This document shows, piece after piece, positions 1-13,141 of a stretch of DNA of 64,000 nucleotides (its first letter is position 1; every line of letters starts with the position of its first letter). The DNA lies in assembly GCA_002633005.1 (NCBI GenBank), contig NMRA01000009.1, positions 1,695,858-1,759,857 on the forward strand, given 5' to 3'. Source of the stretch: Phoronis australis (taxonomy: Eukaryota; Animalia; Phoronida). The translations under genes were made by a program, and so were the position numbers. The notes beneath the pieces were generated by a model, which saw only the letters and a list, made by a program, of their open reading frames with translations, searched no databases and was not told where the DNA came from.

Positions 1-1062
1 ACTGTAAGTAAAGTGTATTGGTATGCCCAGGAAGCGACACATCAGTGACTATCGATGGGGATAGCGCTTGATATTTGGATGTAGCATGAAGGCACAACTG
101 ACCTTTTCATTGACCAATACATGTCGTAACACATTATGTTTATGATTATACAGCACTGTTGGAGTAAGTGCGGTCACAGAACTCTAATGATTGATATGAA
201 TTGGAATTAAAACTGAGAAGTTCTGGCTGCAGATTATCTAGGACCTTATCGGCAAGCCTGTACTTTTAGCCAAATATCTATAAAACTACAGAAATTCGTT
301 CTTTAAAATTTTATATTTCATTTTGCTGAAAGTAGAAAACCCATAGACTTTGATTTTCAATGTCAGACCAAACTGTAATTAATTGGGTCACATGAGCAGG
401 TTTTTTTAATGCAATATAACAAGAAAGAACTTGACTTAGTACAGTTTTAGCAAAACAAGAAAATGGCTAAATTTTATTGTGGAGAAAATTGCATAAAGCA
501 TAGTACATGAAATTTCATATGAATTCGATCAACCATTTTATAGATATGATGTTCCAAAGTTAGCCAATTTAGACATTTTTCTAATGTACTGTCACGCCAT
601 AATAGCTATTTCAGAAGGTAACAGCACCATCTTAAATTAAATGCAAAAACAAAACTGTTTATTGTATTCTTCTCCATGGCATGTTTTGAAGTTTTATCTT
701 TTGTACAATTTGCTCTTAATTGGAAGCCTACTACTGTTCACTGTTGTGACCAACTTTAGATTAAAGTACTTTGCAACACTAATTTTGTCCAGCTGAAATC
801 ATGGACATGAAACTACAATGAATCAAGTTAGCGATGGTGAATTTTCCCCGCTGAACTCCATTCAGTTTTTGCATTTTCCCAATGTAGTTAAGGAGGCTAC
901 CCCCCCATTAAAATTTCAAAACAAAGGGTTTCACCTTATAACATGACCAGTATTATGGTTTTCAAAGATGGTTCTGCATACTAGTAGGGCTTTAAGAAGT
1001 AAAAATGGATAGACAGAAGAGTTGCTTATAAAAAGATGCATGCGTTTTATGGTGTGTTGCAG

Positions 1063-4000
1063 ACAGCGATTGAAAGCAAAGATCCACGTGGAAGGACATG
1101 CCTGTCTTTGGCTGCCACCTTGGGTCATCTAGAGAGTTGTAGAGTATTACTGAGACATGGGGCATGTGCAAATGCTGAGAAAGACAACTGGACAGGTATG
1201 ATGAAACTACTGAGAAATACAGTCATGGCAGTATTTTAAACTTTCATTTTTATCTTGTAGCTCTTTACTGTGGTACCACAAGTTCTAGGGCTTGGAATTG
1301 CAAAATTAATCCTTCAGTGAAACTCACGAGGAAAACACAAATTAAACGGTCTGAGAGATTTTAGTTGAGTATGGTGAAATCTAATTTATTGGAAGGACAA
1401 GTGTAGACTAATACGTATCCTGCTTGTACAAGTTTTCGTGTAGCTTTATCCCTCTTTGGCACTGAAGACACAGTTGGCTTCTTGCAAGACGATGTACTGT
1501 TTTGTGAAAAAAATGAAAGTAATCACTTCCTTGTTTGAAAACTTTCTGAGTTGACCAGTCTGTTTGCTGACCACTTTCTTATTTTAAAAAAGGCTATAGA
1601 GAAAACAGAAAACAATTTTCATTTGTTTCTTGGCTACAACACCTCCTTGAGGTACCACTGATCTATTAACTCCATTATTATCTATCCCTGTATTTTTATT
1701 TACATACAGTATGGCATTGTTTCAGAATGTCACCTGGTGGTGCTTACAGTGAAATGACTGAGTTGTAGTTATATCGTGTTGTGCTTTAGAAACATGCAGT
1801 TCAAGTCCTGTTTGTACTGGGATAGTAAACGACTGAGAAAAGAAGTGTCACCAAAGGATTTGGGTGGTAATGTTTCGTTATTGTTCTGTACATAGTCAAT
1901 TAATGGGTAACTAACTGACGCCTATAGTTATCTGCTTATTTGTCACTTTCAGTCCTGCAAACTGCCGTTGCCACTGGGGATCCGGAGTTGGTGCAGTTAA
2001 TTCTACAGCACCGAGACCATCAAAGATTAACAGGGCGATCAGAGGGGGTGCCAAACCTGTTACAGACTCTGAGAGAGGTAATGAACCAGTACTTCATTCA
2101 GTGATTCTTGAAATATCAGATGTATTCTCTTTAATGATAGCTGAAGACAACTATAATCACAGACCAGATATCTTAGACCTAAAGTGTGAATACGAATATT
2201 ATCTTGGTTTACAAATTATTAGTTTTTATAAACATTCTGATAGACTCGTAAATTCTCCAATGACTAAAGGCTATTAGTTTTCTTCTTTTGTTATTAGAAC
2301 TTGAGCCCAAGGTCTAAGTACATAGGACTAGACTTGTTATGTCTGTGTTTCAGTCTCCAGACTTTTATGTAGAAATGAAGTGGGAATTTACCAGTTGGGG
2401 TAAGTCATAGTGTTAGTTACTTGATCGATGACTAGTTATTGTTGTTAGATGTTGTTTGTAAATGTATTGCTTTGACACCTTTTCATGCACATTTAAGTGT
2501 TTAGTGTATAATATCCAGTGATTTTACTTTGTTGTGTATAGTGTATAATATCCAGTGATTTTACTTTGTTGTGTATAGTGTATAATATCCAGTGATTTTA
2601 CTTTGTTGTGTTTAGTGTATAATATCCAGTGATTTTACTTTGTTGTGTATAGTGTATAATATCCAGTGATTCTACTTTGTTGTGTTTAGTTTATAATATC
2701 CAGTGATTCTACTTTGTTGTGTATAGTGTATAATATCCAGTGATTCTACTTCGTTGTGTTTAGTTTATAATATCCAGTGATTCTACTTTGTTGTGTATAG
2801 TCAGATAAAATTTCTTGCTTACGAGCAATTACAGTATTGTTGGTTTTGTACTCTTGTACGTTCTTACCTTTCTTCACAGTTCCCCTTGTCTCCCGTATGT
2901 GTCCCAGTGACACTTATAAAGTGTACAAAAGTGGTTCCAATGTCAGGATTGACACTACACTACTAGGCTTTGACAGCACAAATTGGCAGAGGGGCAGCAG
3001 AAGTTTTATATTCAAAGGCGAAGGTAATTACTTTTCTTTCAACACCTTTGGTAATGTTTTGTGTACAGCTTACTGTTTTTGTTAAATATGATGCCGTTTT
3101 GGTGTTACACTAAAAATCTCCAGTAAGATCCCTCTTGCGGGGAACCAACCTCTGTAATAACGAGCTAAGAGTACCCACATTTATAATAACAGGCACAAAC
3201 ATCAATTTTAATTTTAGATCTTCGATCCCGGATTTGACACAAGGGTAAATGAAATAAAAGTGCAGATATTGCACAATGAATGCGAGTGATGTAATGACAA
3301 AGTGCTAAACTTAAATAACATAGAGGTAACCTTTTGACCTTCACAAGTACTAACATTACAGTTCACAATTAGGATACATAAAGCTCCTTACATAATTTAA
3401 GGCCACATCGGCCACTTTTAACTGTACACAAAACAAGCATTTTCATTGAAAAGTGTTGAAATTACTGAGGAACATTTATTTACTTTTAAAGTAAAAACCC
3501 TAAAATACGGCTAGCATTAAGCTGTTATTCATATTTTTAGAAAATATTCGACTAAAAGTGTTGTCTTTCTCCTCATAATGTTACTTAGTATAATGTGTTT
3601 ACCATTCATATCAAGTGTATGAATGTGTGGTCCAGATGGCTCAGTGGACTGCAGAGTGTGTACGGTTAGCAGGAGGTCCCAGGTTGTAGTCCCAGTTGGG
3701 GCAGAAATCATTTCAGACTCGTGTTCATGATCAGTGATGTTCACGGGATGTGACCAACAGGTGGCGTGCAGGCCAAACTTAAAAATGTTTGCATACCATA
3801 ACATACATAGATTGGTACATAGATTTGTATTGTAGAACATCCTTTATACTCATTAATACATTTTCTAAAACAGCTGACCGAGCGGTAGTCCTGGAGGTAG
3901 ACCATGATGCAGGTCAGGTGTTTAAAGAGGTCATGCAGATGTCGCCACTGCCTGCTGACCCCACAATGCTGAGCCCTCACGAAGATGCAGTTGCGGCTCG

Positions 4001-7000
4001 TCTCACATCGCCAATCATGACGACGTATTTAGACACAGATAAAATAGAATTTGAGAGGTGAGTTGCATCTAGGAAAGCCTGAATTGTTGTCTTTATTAGA
4101 TTTAAGACAAGTCAAGCTAGCAGTAAAGATCAAATAGAGTCAACGGTCAAGACTAATGACTTCGTTGTATTATTTTTTTACTGTAAGCTAGCTGACTGGC
4201 TACTACCTTAACTTCTAGAATGATGGTTGATGATTGGGTAGTATGCCACATTGTTTCAGTGGACAATGTGGTCTATATTTATATTACTGTTTATACCACA
4301 ATATTAGCCTCGCATGGCAGATACAACCGTGTAATAACCCATAAAGTTATCTCTCTAGTGAGATAACATTTTGGCGGGAAACCGAGGCCGGATTCGAACC
4401 CGGGCCTCAAGAGTTTCAAATTGCCGACTTTACCACTACACCACTCAGTAGCTGATGTCATCGTACGTGAAAATAGAATACTTAAATGAGCACGCGCAAC
4501 AACCGCATGTACAGCAAAGGGCATTGTACCAACATTTATACGCTATGAAAAATAAGACGCATATTTTCCTTAAATACGATATTTTAATTCAGTGAAATTT
4601 TTCTCTCGTGTTCTCTCTCGTAAATCACTGATCTCCAATTTGAATGCGGGTATCGTGTCGTCGGGATCCTTTGACTTGAGCATTATAGTCAGTTACATGT
4701 GGTAACTTACTTTAGCAGACGATATTTTCCCGGTCGAAGCTTAGCGTGATAAAATGTGTAGTAAGCTATAATAGTTGCTAAACCTTAATTTATAAATTTA
4801 CTGTATTTCTATTTTATTTTATTTTTCAATTGGTTTTGAGTAAAAGCATTATTTGACAAAAATAGCTCGGCTTTTCACGACCTCTGACCCCGGGCCTCTG
4901 ACATAGAAAGTAGTTACAAAGCCGAGGCGAGTCGAGAAAGGTAGATCGATTCATTGCAATGTTTCTCGTTCAGTATGTGGTATAAATAGATTATTACATG
5001 TTCTCAGCCGTTATCCCCCTTATCTAGAGCCCTCGCGGATTTTGTAGAATTATCACCCTTGGGGCTAAAGCCCCTCAGGCGATAATTCTCCAAAATCCCC
5101 TCGGGCTCTAGGTAATGGGGGATAACGACTTCGCCATGTAATAATCTATATTTATTGCTGTTGCTGCAGATTTATTATTGATGGTGTTTGTGGTCATCAT
5201 CAGATCTTTATTGCCAACTAGCCGCCTGAATGGAGCATTTCAATAGAACAATACTAAATCAAAAATAAGCCACTTCGTCTTTTTCACTAAAATTGCCAAA
5301 AAATAGTGTCACTTAGTTATTTTTATCCTTCAGATTTTCACCAGTATATAGTTATTTTACTAGATCTGCTCTATTGGACATTTTCAGAAATAAATCTGGC
5401 ATCTGGGGTTGGAGAAGTGACAAGGTAGAGACTGTGGATGATTACGAGTGTAAGGTGAGGTCTGCTGGAAACCAAAGCTGTCTTGTTCAGTTGTAACTAG
5501 AGTCCAAGTATGTACTTAAATCTCACCATTTTAGGCCACAGTATGGTGAACAGTGAATTCTTATTTTTTTCTCATTTTTCATAAAAGACAAGTAGCACCA
5601 AATATTCAGGTCATTATGGAGTCTTCTCTATCTCCTGTCGATGATCAGAGTGGAGGTACTCCATTAATGCAATGGATCTTACAAACTCCAGCCAAGCCTG
5701 ATAACATGTTATAATGTACTGCAATGACCACAACACAATATCCCAGTAAACACTGAGAGCTCTAACAAAAGATTGTCTGTGAAAAGATTACCACAGCTTT
5801 ACAACCAGTATATGTGCAGGTCACTCAACACAACCCTGACTGTTAAGGTTCTGTATATGTTGATACTAAAACTTCAATATTCTAGATTTTCTCAACTTGT
5901 GGCCATGACAGGCAGAGATAGCTCTGTAACTTTCAGTGCTTTTATTGTGTCGTCACACTTTGGATTGACTTAGTTTGAGGGTCATCTAAGTGTTTCTACA
6001 ATGTGTAGATAGATGTGAATAAGGAAGTAGCATGTATCTCTGCATCAACCTTCTATGCTGATATTCCTATGCATTCCTTAATCTGTACTTATGGTGCGAC
6101 AGGTTTTTAATGCCAGCAATGTTGAATTGGTCACAAAGACACGGACTGAACATTTGACAGAACAAGACAAGAAAAGATCCAAGAAGTCATCCAGGTCACC
6201 ACTTGAGTCATTTCTGGGCGTGGCAGAGGAAGAGAGCGTTATTCACGGTGCTAGTAACGCTGTACGTTGTTAAGTGATATAAACTCCAAGTTTGTGATTT
6301 CAGTCTTCACAATTAAAAGTTGTCACTTCTTTCCCCACCAAGAAATCAATTAACAGTGACACTGCTTCTGGGCCATGTGATGACAACATTGAACTTATGG
6401 AGTTCAACATGGCTATAGTACCGCATGAGGTGGCAATACCCACTTAGCAGTCTTAAGTCAGAAGGAGTGGGGTAACCATCGATCGGTAACTTCCCTCTTT
6501 ATTTATTTTAACATACAGTATGGCATTGTTCCCAAATGCCACCTGGTGGTGATTACAGTGAAATAACTGTGTTGTAGTTATATCTTGTTGTACTTTGGAA
6601 ATTTCATCACAACAGTCTTAGTGTAATAGTTCAATGAGATAAGAGCGACCTTATCCTTTAGGAAAGGGTTTCACAGGATTCATTTGTTAACGATTCTCAA
6701 CTTCAATGACTTCTCAGCTCTTCCCAAGCTCAGAAAGTACAAGTAAGTTAAAATCAATATTGTGGTGACAAATAGCGTAAGTGTTGAGGTTGCAAGCATC
6801 GCATGTTTTTGTGCACAGGAGGAATCCCAGTCAGCCTACAACCCATGCCACATCAGTCCAGCTGAATACTTCAACGAAATGATTGATCTCGGCACCCGTG
6901 ACATTGGACGACCCCAAGAGACCACCAAGAAGGTACAGAAGTTCAAGGCAACCCTGTCCCTGTGTGAACACTATCCACTGTCCCTGCAGGAGCAAGTTAT

Positions 7001-10000
7001 GCCTATCATAGACCTGATGGCACAGACTAATGCTCACTTCCAGAAGCTGAAGGACTTCATCACGCTGCAGCTACCCGCTGGTTTCCCCGTCAAAATAGGT
7101 GTGTTTAAAGCATCTTTGCAGCTTTGGTCTTCTAACAATTTTGACTTCAACTTATCTGTTTTAAAGAGTTCCATACAGCACCATTTAAAGGTCAATTCAA
7201 AGTCAAATAAGGCGACGTTATGGTGGAGTAGCCGAACACACAAACAAATATCCAACTCCATTTGGCTGCCTGGACAACTGTATAAAGTACTGAAAGGACT
7301 CGGCTCCATTAACAAACTGATGTGCCTCTCTAAAACTGCCAAAACCACTATTTTTCTTTGTAAAATTATTTCATTTCTAACGTGTATCACTCACAGACAT
7401 GAATATCAGGATTACAAGCAATCAGGTCAACAAAATAAAACAGACAAAAACCTTAAAATGATTAATAAGTCATAAGTATATTTAATGGTCATAACAATAA
7501 TTCATATATGGTTCTGGACAACTGTCTATAGATGGCGTCACTGTGCTGAGCTCGGGTCTGTTGCATGAAAAGTGACAAAAGACTAATGTCACAAATTGGT
7601 CATGTGATCCACACAAGTTTTATAGCAAATAATTCAGTCCCGCTTTAACGAGCAAAATCGCAGTCTCTGAGAATATAAAGATTACTGATTGTCACTGAGA
7701 TAATTTTTATCAATTATTTCTAGAGTGTGATGCACTCATAGTTACTTACCTGAATTTTCTTTCAGCAATTGTGAAGTGGTAGTGTAAGACCAAATTTCAA
7801 TCTCATGACAGCTTCGTGAAACAGAGCTTTGGGGACATCACTAAATTTGTTTAGCAAACCCTTAATCTTCTACTCCTCTCTTGATTAAAAATCTGCTGTG
7901 CTTGGCTTGATGTTTCTTTTTAATATCGACCCCTGGGTCAGTAGAGATAATGTTTAGAATGAAGGCTGGTGTGAATTTGAGTTCTGTTGCTTCTACAACT
8001 CTGTTCAAGATGTTAAGTTTTCAGAGTTTGTTTTAAAATATGTAGTGCCCTTGGTTGTCAGCTAACACTTGCCAGTTTAATAATGTCTTTTCACTTTTAA
8101 TTCGCCTGTTTAGAAATTAATTTTAATTCCCTCATTTTAAACACCACCCATGATTACCGGACTGTTGGTTTATATTGCTGTCATCTCTGTCTTGGTGTCT
8201 TCCGTTCATTGCTGTAAATCCTAAATGCCTTGCAGGATCCTTGTGAGAGTTGGTAAATGTGTTCTAATAGAGCTGATGACAGATGATGGCAGGTCCAACT
8301 ACTGCTGTGCCCCCTAGTGACAATTTGATTTTGATGAAACTCTGTATCTAACAAGTGTCGTGACAGAATTTTATGAAATTTGACTGATAGGTGTCTGTTG
8401 TGATGGTGACGATACTTTCTCAATGTCGGACATAAGATTAAAAGTGGATGTTTTCATATTTTCAAGTCTGATTTTGGCATTGTTACATTGGCCATGTTAT
8501 ATTTGTCAATAAGAAAAGCAATGTGACAATGTTTTCAGACTGGTTTTAGTATTTATTCATGTAAAAATGGTCAGTTGTATTTATCTTGTGAATGCACTAC
8601 TATGTGCTGTAGTGACTTGTCTCAAAATCTTCATGCTTATATTTTTTGTCTTGCATTTTGTAGCAAGAGTACTTCAAATAGTGCCGTATTCATAATAGCT
8701 TGTACGCCTCCTCTGCGTAGAAATCCCCTTATTCCATGTGCTGAATGCCAAGATCACATTTGGTAACATCAACGCTGCCAAAAAGTCTGTCCCCGGCGTC
8801 ACGTGTCTCCCTGACGATGAGGAGAGGTGTCGATGTTCTCTGGATGATGAGTGCTTCGAAGCTCCCGCTGCATACAGGGTCACAGGTGAGTACTGAGAAT
8901 CGACATACAATGGGTCAGGTTGTTCCAAGTACTGAGAATCGACATACAATGGGTCACGTTGTTCCAAGTTCTTAGTTATAATAATGTCTGCTTAAATATT
9001 AAAAATAATTAATTGTTTCCATTTTATTAGATTTAGGGCAATTTTATTAACCAAAGTGGACACACTGTAAACTGTAGTCAAAGTATCTAGCCAACAACGT
9101 TGCAAAATAAACCATGTAACACCATTTTAAAGCATGGACCAGACTGACAGGTTAAACTTTTGAATGATCATAAGCATGGACCAGACTGATAATAAGCATG
9201 GACCAGACTGGCAGGTAAAACACTAAGAACAAAACACTGAATGAACTTAAATGCTTAATTCACATCCTTGGCTCAACACAATAAGCAGAACATACAAATT
9301 ACAAACATTGAAAACATGTAGAATGTGATGGGTCATGCAGACTGCCATAAGTTGACATGTACACTTAGCACACTTATTTTATGTAAACTGCAAAGTTTAA
9401 AATTTTCCTCTTTTAAAAGAATTTCCTCTTTTTTGGTTTCGATTTCTTGTTTAATTTCCAGTTTTTCCTTTGTCATCTCTTTTTTATGATTATTTTTACT
9501 TTATTTGTGCAAAAACGTTTATTTCAGATAAATTTTACAACAAAAATATTTTTGTGACTTGAGCCCATTTATTTGTGAAATGATACATAAAATGGAAATT
9601 TTCCTCCTTTTTGTCATTTGTCATTCCAAGCCTTGAAACTTAAAACATCGTCACGGAAAAGCGAATACCATACCGTAGACTCAATAACAATGACGAGAAT
9701 ACTTCAGACTGAAAGAGTACATGGTTGCACGAAGTGACAACATATATGAAACTAGAAAGGCAAAATATAAGCAGATAAACATCCTAGGCTAGGCGGGTAT
9801 TGCTTATCAAAGTTAAATTTTCCATCAGTTTGTCTGAAATTGCTTAAATTACTGAAATTGCTAAGAATGGTGTTTTTTGATTGATTTCTGGGCAATAGTC
9901 GAATACAACGTGCCTGTATTTAGAAAACCAGTTTGATGTCTGTTACTCAGTGGAGAAAACTGGTTCTCAAAGTTTGGGCATATTATATCCGACCATTACC

Positions 10001-11538
10001 GAATTACTGTCCATGTTCAGGTGATTTCCACCATGATCGAGTACGTGATGAAGATGATGAATTACTACAGTTTGCAATCCAGCAAAGTTTGATGGACGGT
10101 CAGAATGGTAACGATCAGGTTAGTGTTGTGTGGTTAAGACTTTTCTATAAGCAGTCTCGTCTCTAAGGGCAGTGGCTTCACTAGATTCTGCAGTATTTGC
10201 CACTTCTGTCAATCATGTATCCTATGTATTCATACACTAGTCACTAAGTTTGAGTAAAAGTAATACTATCACATTCAATGACAACAATGCAAGGAAACTC
10301 AACATGATCAACAAAGGTCTGTGTGTGTGTGTGCGTGTGTGCGTGCGTGTGTGCGTGCGTGTGTACTCCGTCTTAATTCATCTGGCATTGGTCAGTATTA
10401 CAAGTTCAATACATTTTCCTATCTCCCAATAGAAAAGAGTTGTACGTTTTGGTTTTTGTTGTCTGTAAAATGAAATAGTTGTTAGTCATTGACGTGCATT
10501 CTCTGGCTGTAATTAGGTAAATACGCACAAGCAATTTTTAACAACTTTATTAATAAAGCCCATGCCCGCTCTAATGCCCTCTCCGTCAGTTTTCATTTTC
10601 ACCATTTAAATGTCCGTGATATTGATGTGGATGAATGGTTTAATTTGTAGCACGCTGTTGTTTCACTGTTTACTTGTTCTTATTTTAGGTCACATTTATG
10701 GAGGCAATAAATCGCTCACAACCAAAAAATATATTTCAAAGCGAAGAGGAGAGAATCTTGCAGAGGTAGCCATGTGGGCCCCAGTTGCATAAAAGTTATA
10801 CGCTGCATAGCAACAGTGACTTTGTGTTATTGTGTACCATTTTGCTATTGTTGAACCTTCACTTTGACAACAATACAATTTATTCATTGAATGAATTTTG
10901 AAGTTTTATGCAACTCAGCCCTGATTTATGGATTAATTTCCACTTTTGCTACTGTTCTACTTGTTCTCTACAGATTATTCACATGTTATTCAAAGTATTA
11001 CGAGGAAGGAAATGTTTTTTAGGAATAAATGTCACTCATTTGCATGCATGTAACTCATTCCAGTGATCATTTATCATTTTCAAAATACATTGGTTGACAA
11101 TTCGTTTGTGAAAGGATGTATAAAGAATGGTGATTCTTGGTTATGAAGAAATTTATATTCTTTTCCTTGTTGACTATTCTGCAGCATGGAATACAGTTTA
11201 GAATATGAATATTCATTAATTTGGTATCTTGATGTGTGTTTTGTCTGAATCTGGAAATACTTGGTGTTTTGAAGACAAATATCTGCTATCACCACAGGGT
11301 GCTAGCTGAAAGCCTTGAAAGTGCTCGTGGTCCTCGACCAGAACCTGAGGGTAGCGAGACAGATGTTAATCATCATCCACAGGCTCCACCCACTGTGCCA
11401 TATGAAAGCGCAGAAGAAAAGCAGTTTCGACTAGCAATGGAAATGTCACAACGAGAGGAGGAGGAGCGTTTTAAAAGAGCTCAAGAGGAAGAGGAGGAGT
11501 TAGAAAGGATATTGGCATTGTCACTCACTGAGAAATGA
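1063..11538 (+). CDS. ANKRD13: ANKRD13-family protein (ankyrin repeats + GPCR-chaperone/DUF3424 domain + C-terminal UIMs; ANKRD13B/D-like); 5' exon(s) lie upstream of the window
   Basis: Phase-consistent GT-AG exons: 1063-1195, 1953-2077, 2354-2399, 2880-3023, 3874-4057, 5388-5454, 6103-6261, 6819-7098, 8721-8885, 10021-10118, 10689-10765, 11298-11538(TGA). Spliced peptide has family hallmarks [134 protein letters not shown], and UIMs ([15 protein letters not shown]; [17 protein letters not shown]). Confidence 0.95.
1702..1791 (+). repeat. Dispersed ~90-bp repeat, copy 1 (copy 2 at 6511-6600)
   Basis: acatacagtatggcattgtt..aatg.cacctggtggtg.ttacagtgaaat.actg.gttgtagttatatc.tgttgt.cttt occurs in two different ANKRD13 introns in the same orientation. 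Confidence 0.8.
2497..2801. repeat. Minisatellite, 37-bp unit, ~8 copies
   Basis: Unit agtgtataatatccagtgattttactttgttgtgtat repeated head to tail in an ANKRD13 intron. Confidence 0.95.
3625..3715 (+). repeat. Degenerate tRNA-derived (SINE-head-like) sequence
   Basis: A-box-like tggctcagtgg and decayed B-box ggttgtagtccc; the 3' part tcccagttgggg is shared with the tRNA-like element at 21406-21483. Confidence 0.5.
4283..5149 (+). mobile_element. Non-autonomous Crypton-V-like (tyrosine-recombinase family) element with terminal ~160-nt imperfect hairpin and internal tRNA-like Pol III head
   Basis: tttataccaca (4290-4300) / tgtggtataaa (4976-4986) inverted pair, immediately followed by the long hairpin 4986-5149 (loop taaa 5066-5069). 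11-bp direct repeat tctatatttat at 4272-4282 and 5145-5155. CpG-rich relative to the host intron. Confidence 0.6.
4372..4452 (-). other. tRNA-like Pol III promoter module inside the hairpin element
   Basis: Minus strand reads gctactgagTGGTGTAGTGGtaaagtcggcaatttgaaactcttgaggcccgGGTTCGAATCCggcctcggtttc: A box and perfect B box at tRNA spacing, but no clean anticodon arm. Confidence 0.65.
6511..6600 (+). repeat. Dispersed ~90-bp repeat, copy 2
   Basis: Closely similar to 1702-1791. Confidence 0.8.
10318..10363. repeat. (GT)n/(GTGC)n microsatellite
   Basis: Direct reading; it explains the VCVRVCVR pseudo-ORF. Confidence 0.95.
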
Positions 11539-12967
11539 CATGTGGGTATTATAGGGTCAAATACATTGAGTTATAGGTTGCATATGGAGTTGTGTCATTG
11601 ACAAATACTATTTGTGTATATATTAAATTTGATTTCCATTTTCATATTGATAAATAATTGCAACCTTTTTGTCTTGTGGCGTAAATTCACTTGAACTGTT
11701 TGAGAAAAATGATTTTGAAGACATGAACTTTTTATGTACGGAGCTGACAATGGTCAACTTGAATTTGACTTCTAGCAAATATCACTTAACAGCTTATCGT
11801 TTAAAATGACTTTTCTTACCAAATGACATTGGCAAGAAAGTGAATTTCGGGCCTCAAAAGTGGGCCACTCTTTGGATGCTTCGATCACTTTAAATAATAA
11901 GCTGTTACTTGAACTCTCAATTTTGCTATTTTTATGCAAACTTTGTGCAGTTATTGAAACGCATATAGCTGGCTCTGTCTCCTGGAACAGTTTGTCTGTG
12001 TTACTGTATTTGTCTGTGTTACTGTATTTGCCAGAGATGTATTGATTGCTATTTAGATAGTAGGGCTATTATCTTGGGACATACTTTGTCAAGCAATTGT
12101 GATTGTCGAATGTTTTGCTTTTATTTTTCTGATGATCACAAAAAATACGTTTAATTGAAACAAGTCTAGTTAACATGTCTTGTTTTCTGTAGTTTTACTG
12201 TGATCACATTGGAGTTCATGAGTGTTGGTATATCACATTATTCTTATTTTATCTCACTTTGAAATTAGCCACTTGTGACCCATGGGTACAGTGCTCAATA
12301 TAACTTTACCTGAGATTAACTACAGAATTCATGGCCAAGTTTTAATTATGACAATAGTGAGGGATAAAAATATGGGAAAAATAGGTCAAACATTTTTTTT
12401 TTTGTTATTTTTCAATGTGAAATAGTTTTCGCTATCGGTTATGAAAGGACAGCACTGTTCCTAGGATGAATGCTTGTTTATTATTCGGTGTAGGGGCCTC
12501 AATTAAAAGTTGACCTTGAATCCAGTGTTAGACTTAAAATGATTATTTTAAATCTCACAAAACAACTGCTTTTCTTTAGAGTTTTGAGAAATAAAATATC
12601 TATAATGAATGTGATTGTATGCAGTCACCTTGTACAACTGAGGCTAGGGTAAGGGGAGACAATCATGTTTGTTTGTGTTAAGGTATGTCATTACATTTCA
12701 CATGGGTTGGGTTGAGGACAGTGTAACCTGCAATGTCAAAGTATTAAAATAAAACTACTTTGACTCTCCGGACAGCTAAAGTTTCTCAGGCCTAAAATAT
12801 TAAACGATCCTTTTGCATGGCTGACTACCTTATGAATGCAGATACTTAGGAACGTGACCCATGCGATGCAAACGACTCACAAACCTCTTGTTTTACTCTG
12901 CAACATAGCTCGTGGCGTACCCCGGGCAAAATAGATTACGATAAATACTGTTTATGTTGCCAAAAAG

Positions 12968-13141
12968 CATGGCTCACAGACTCACATCCACTAACAAACA
13001 TGTGGATGAGCAGCGAAGAATTTGGGGTTTGTGTTTACCGATCGTTAGCCGTGTTCATCAGTTATAAATGAGGAACTGTGTTCATCAGTGATGAGTTATG
13101 TTCATTTGTGAGGAGCCGTGTTCATATGTCTGTGAGCTGTG
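12968..13141. mobile_element. Small MITE-like element downstream of the ANKRD13 stop (probable 3' UTR)
   Basis: Terminal inverted repeats catggctcacagac / gtctgtgagctgtg; internal short repeats gtgttcat. Confidence 0.5.

Noticed and set aside
6304-6448. In-frame open stretch after the ANKRD13 exon ending at 6261 (possible extra exon)
   Set aside because: It needs a 42-nt intron and a weak donor, has no family similarity, and the model is complete without it.
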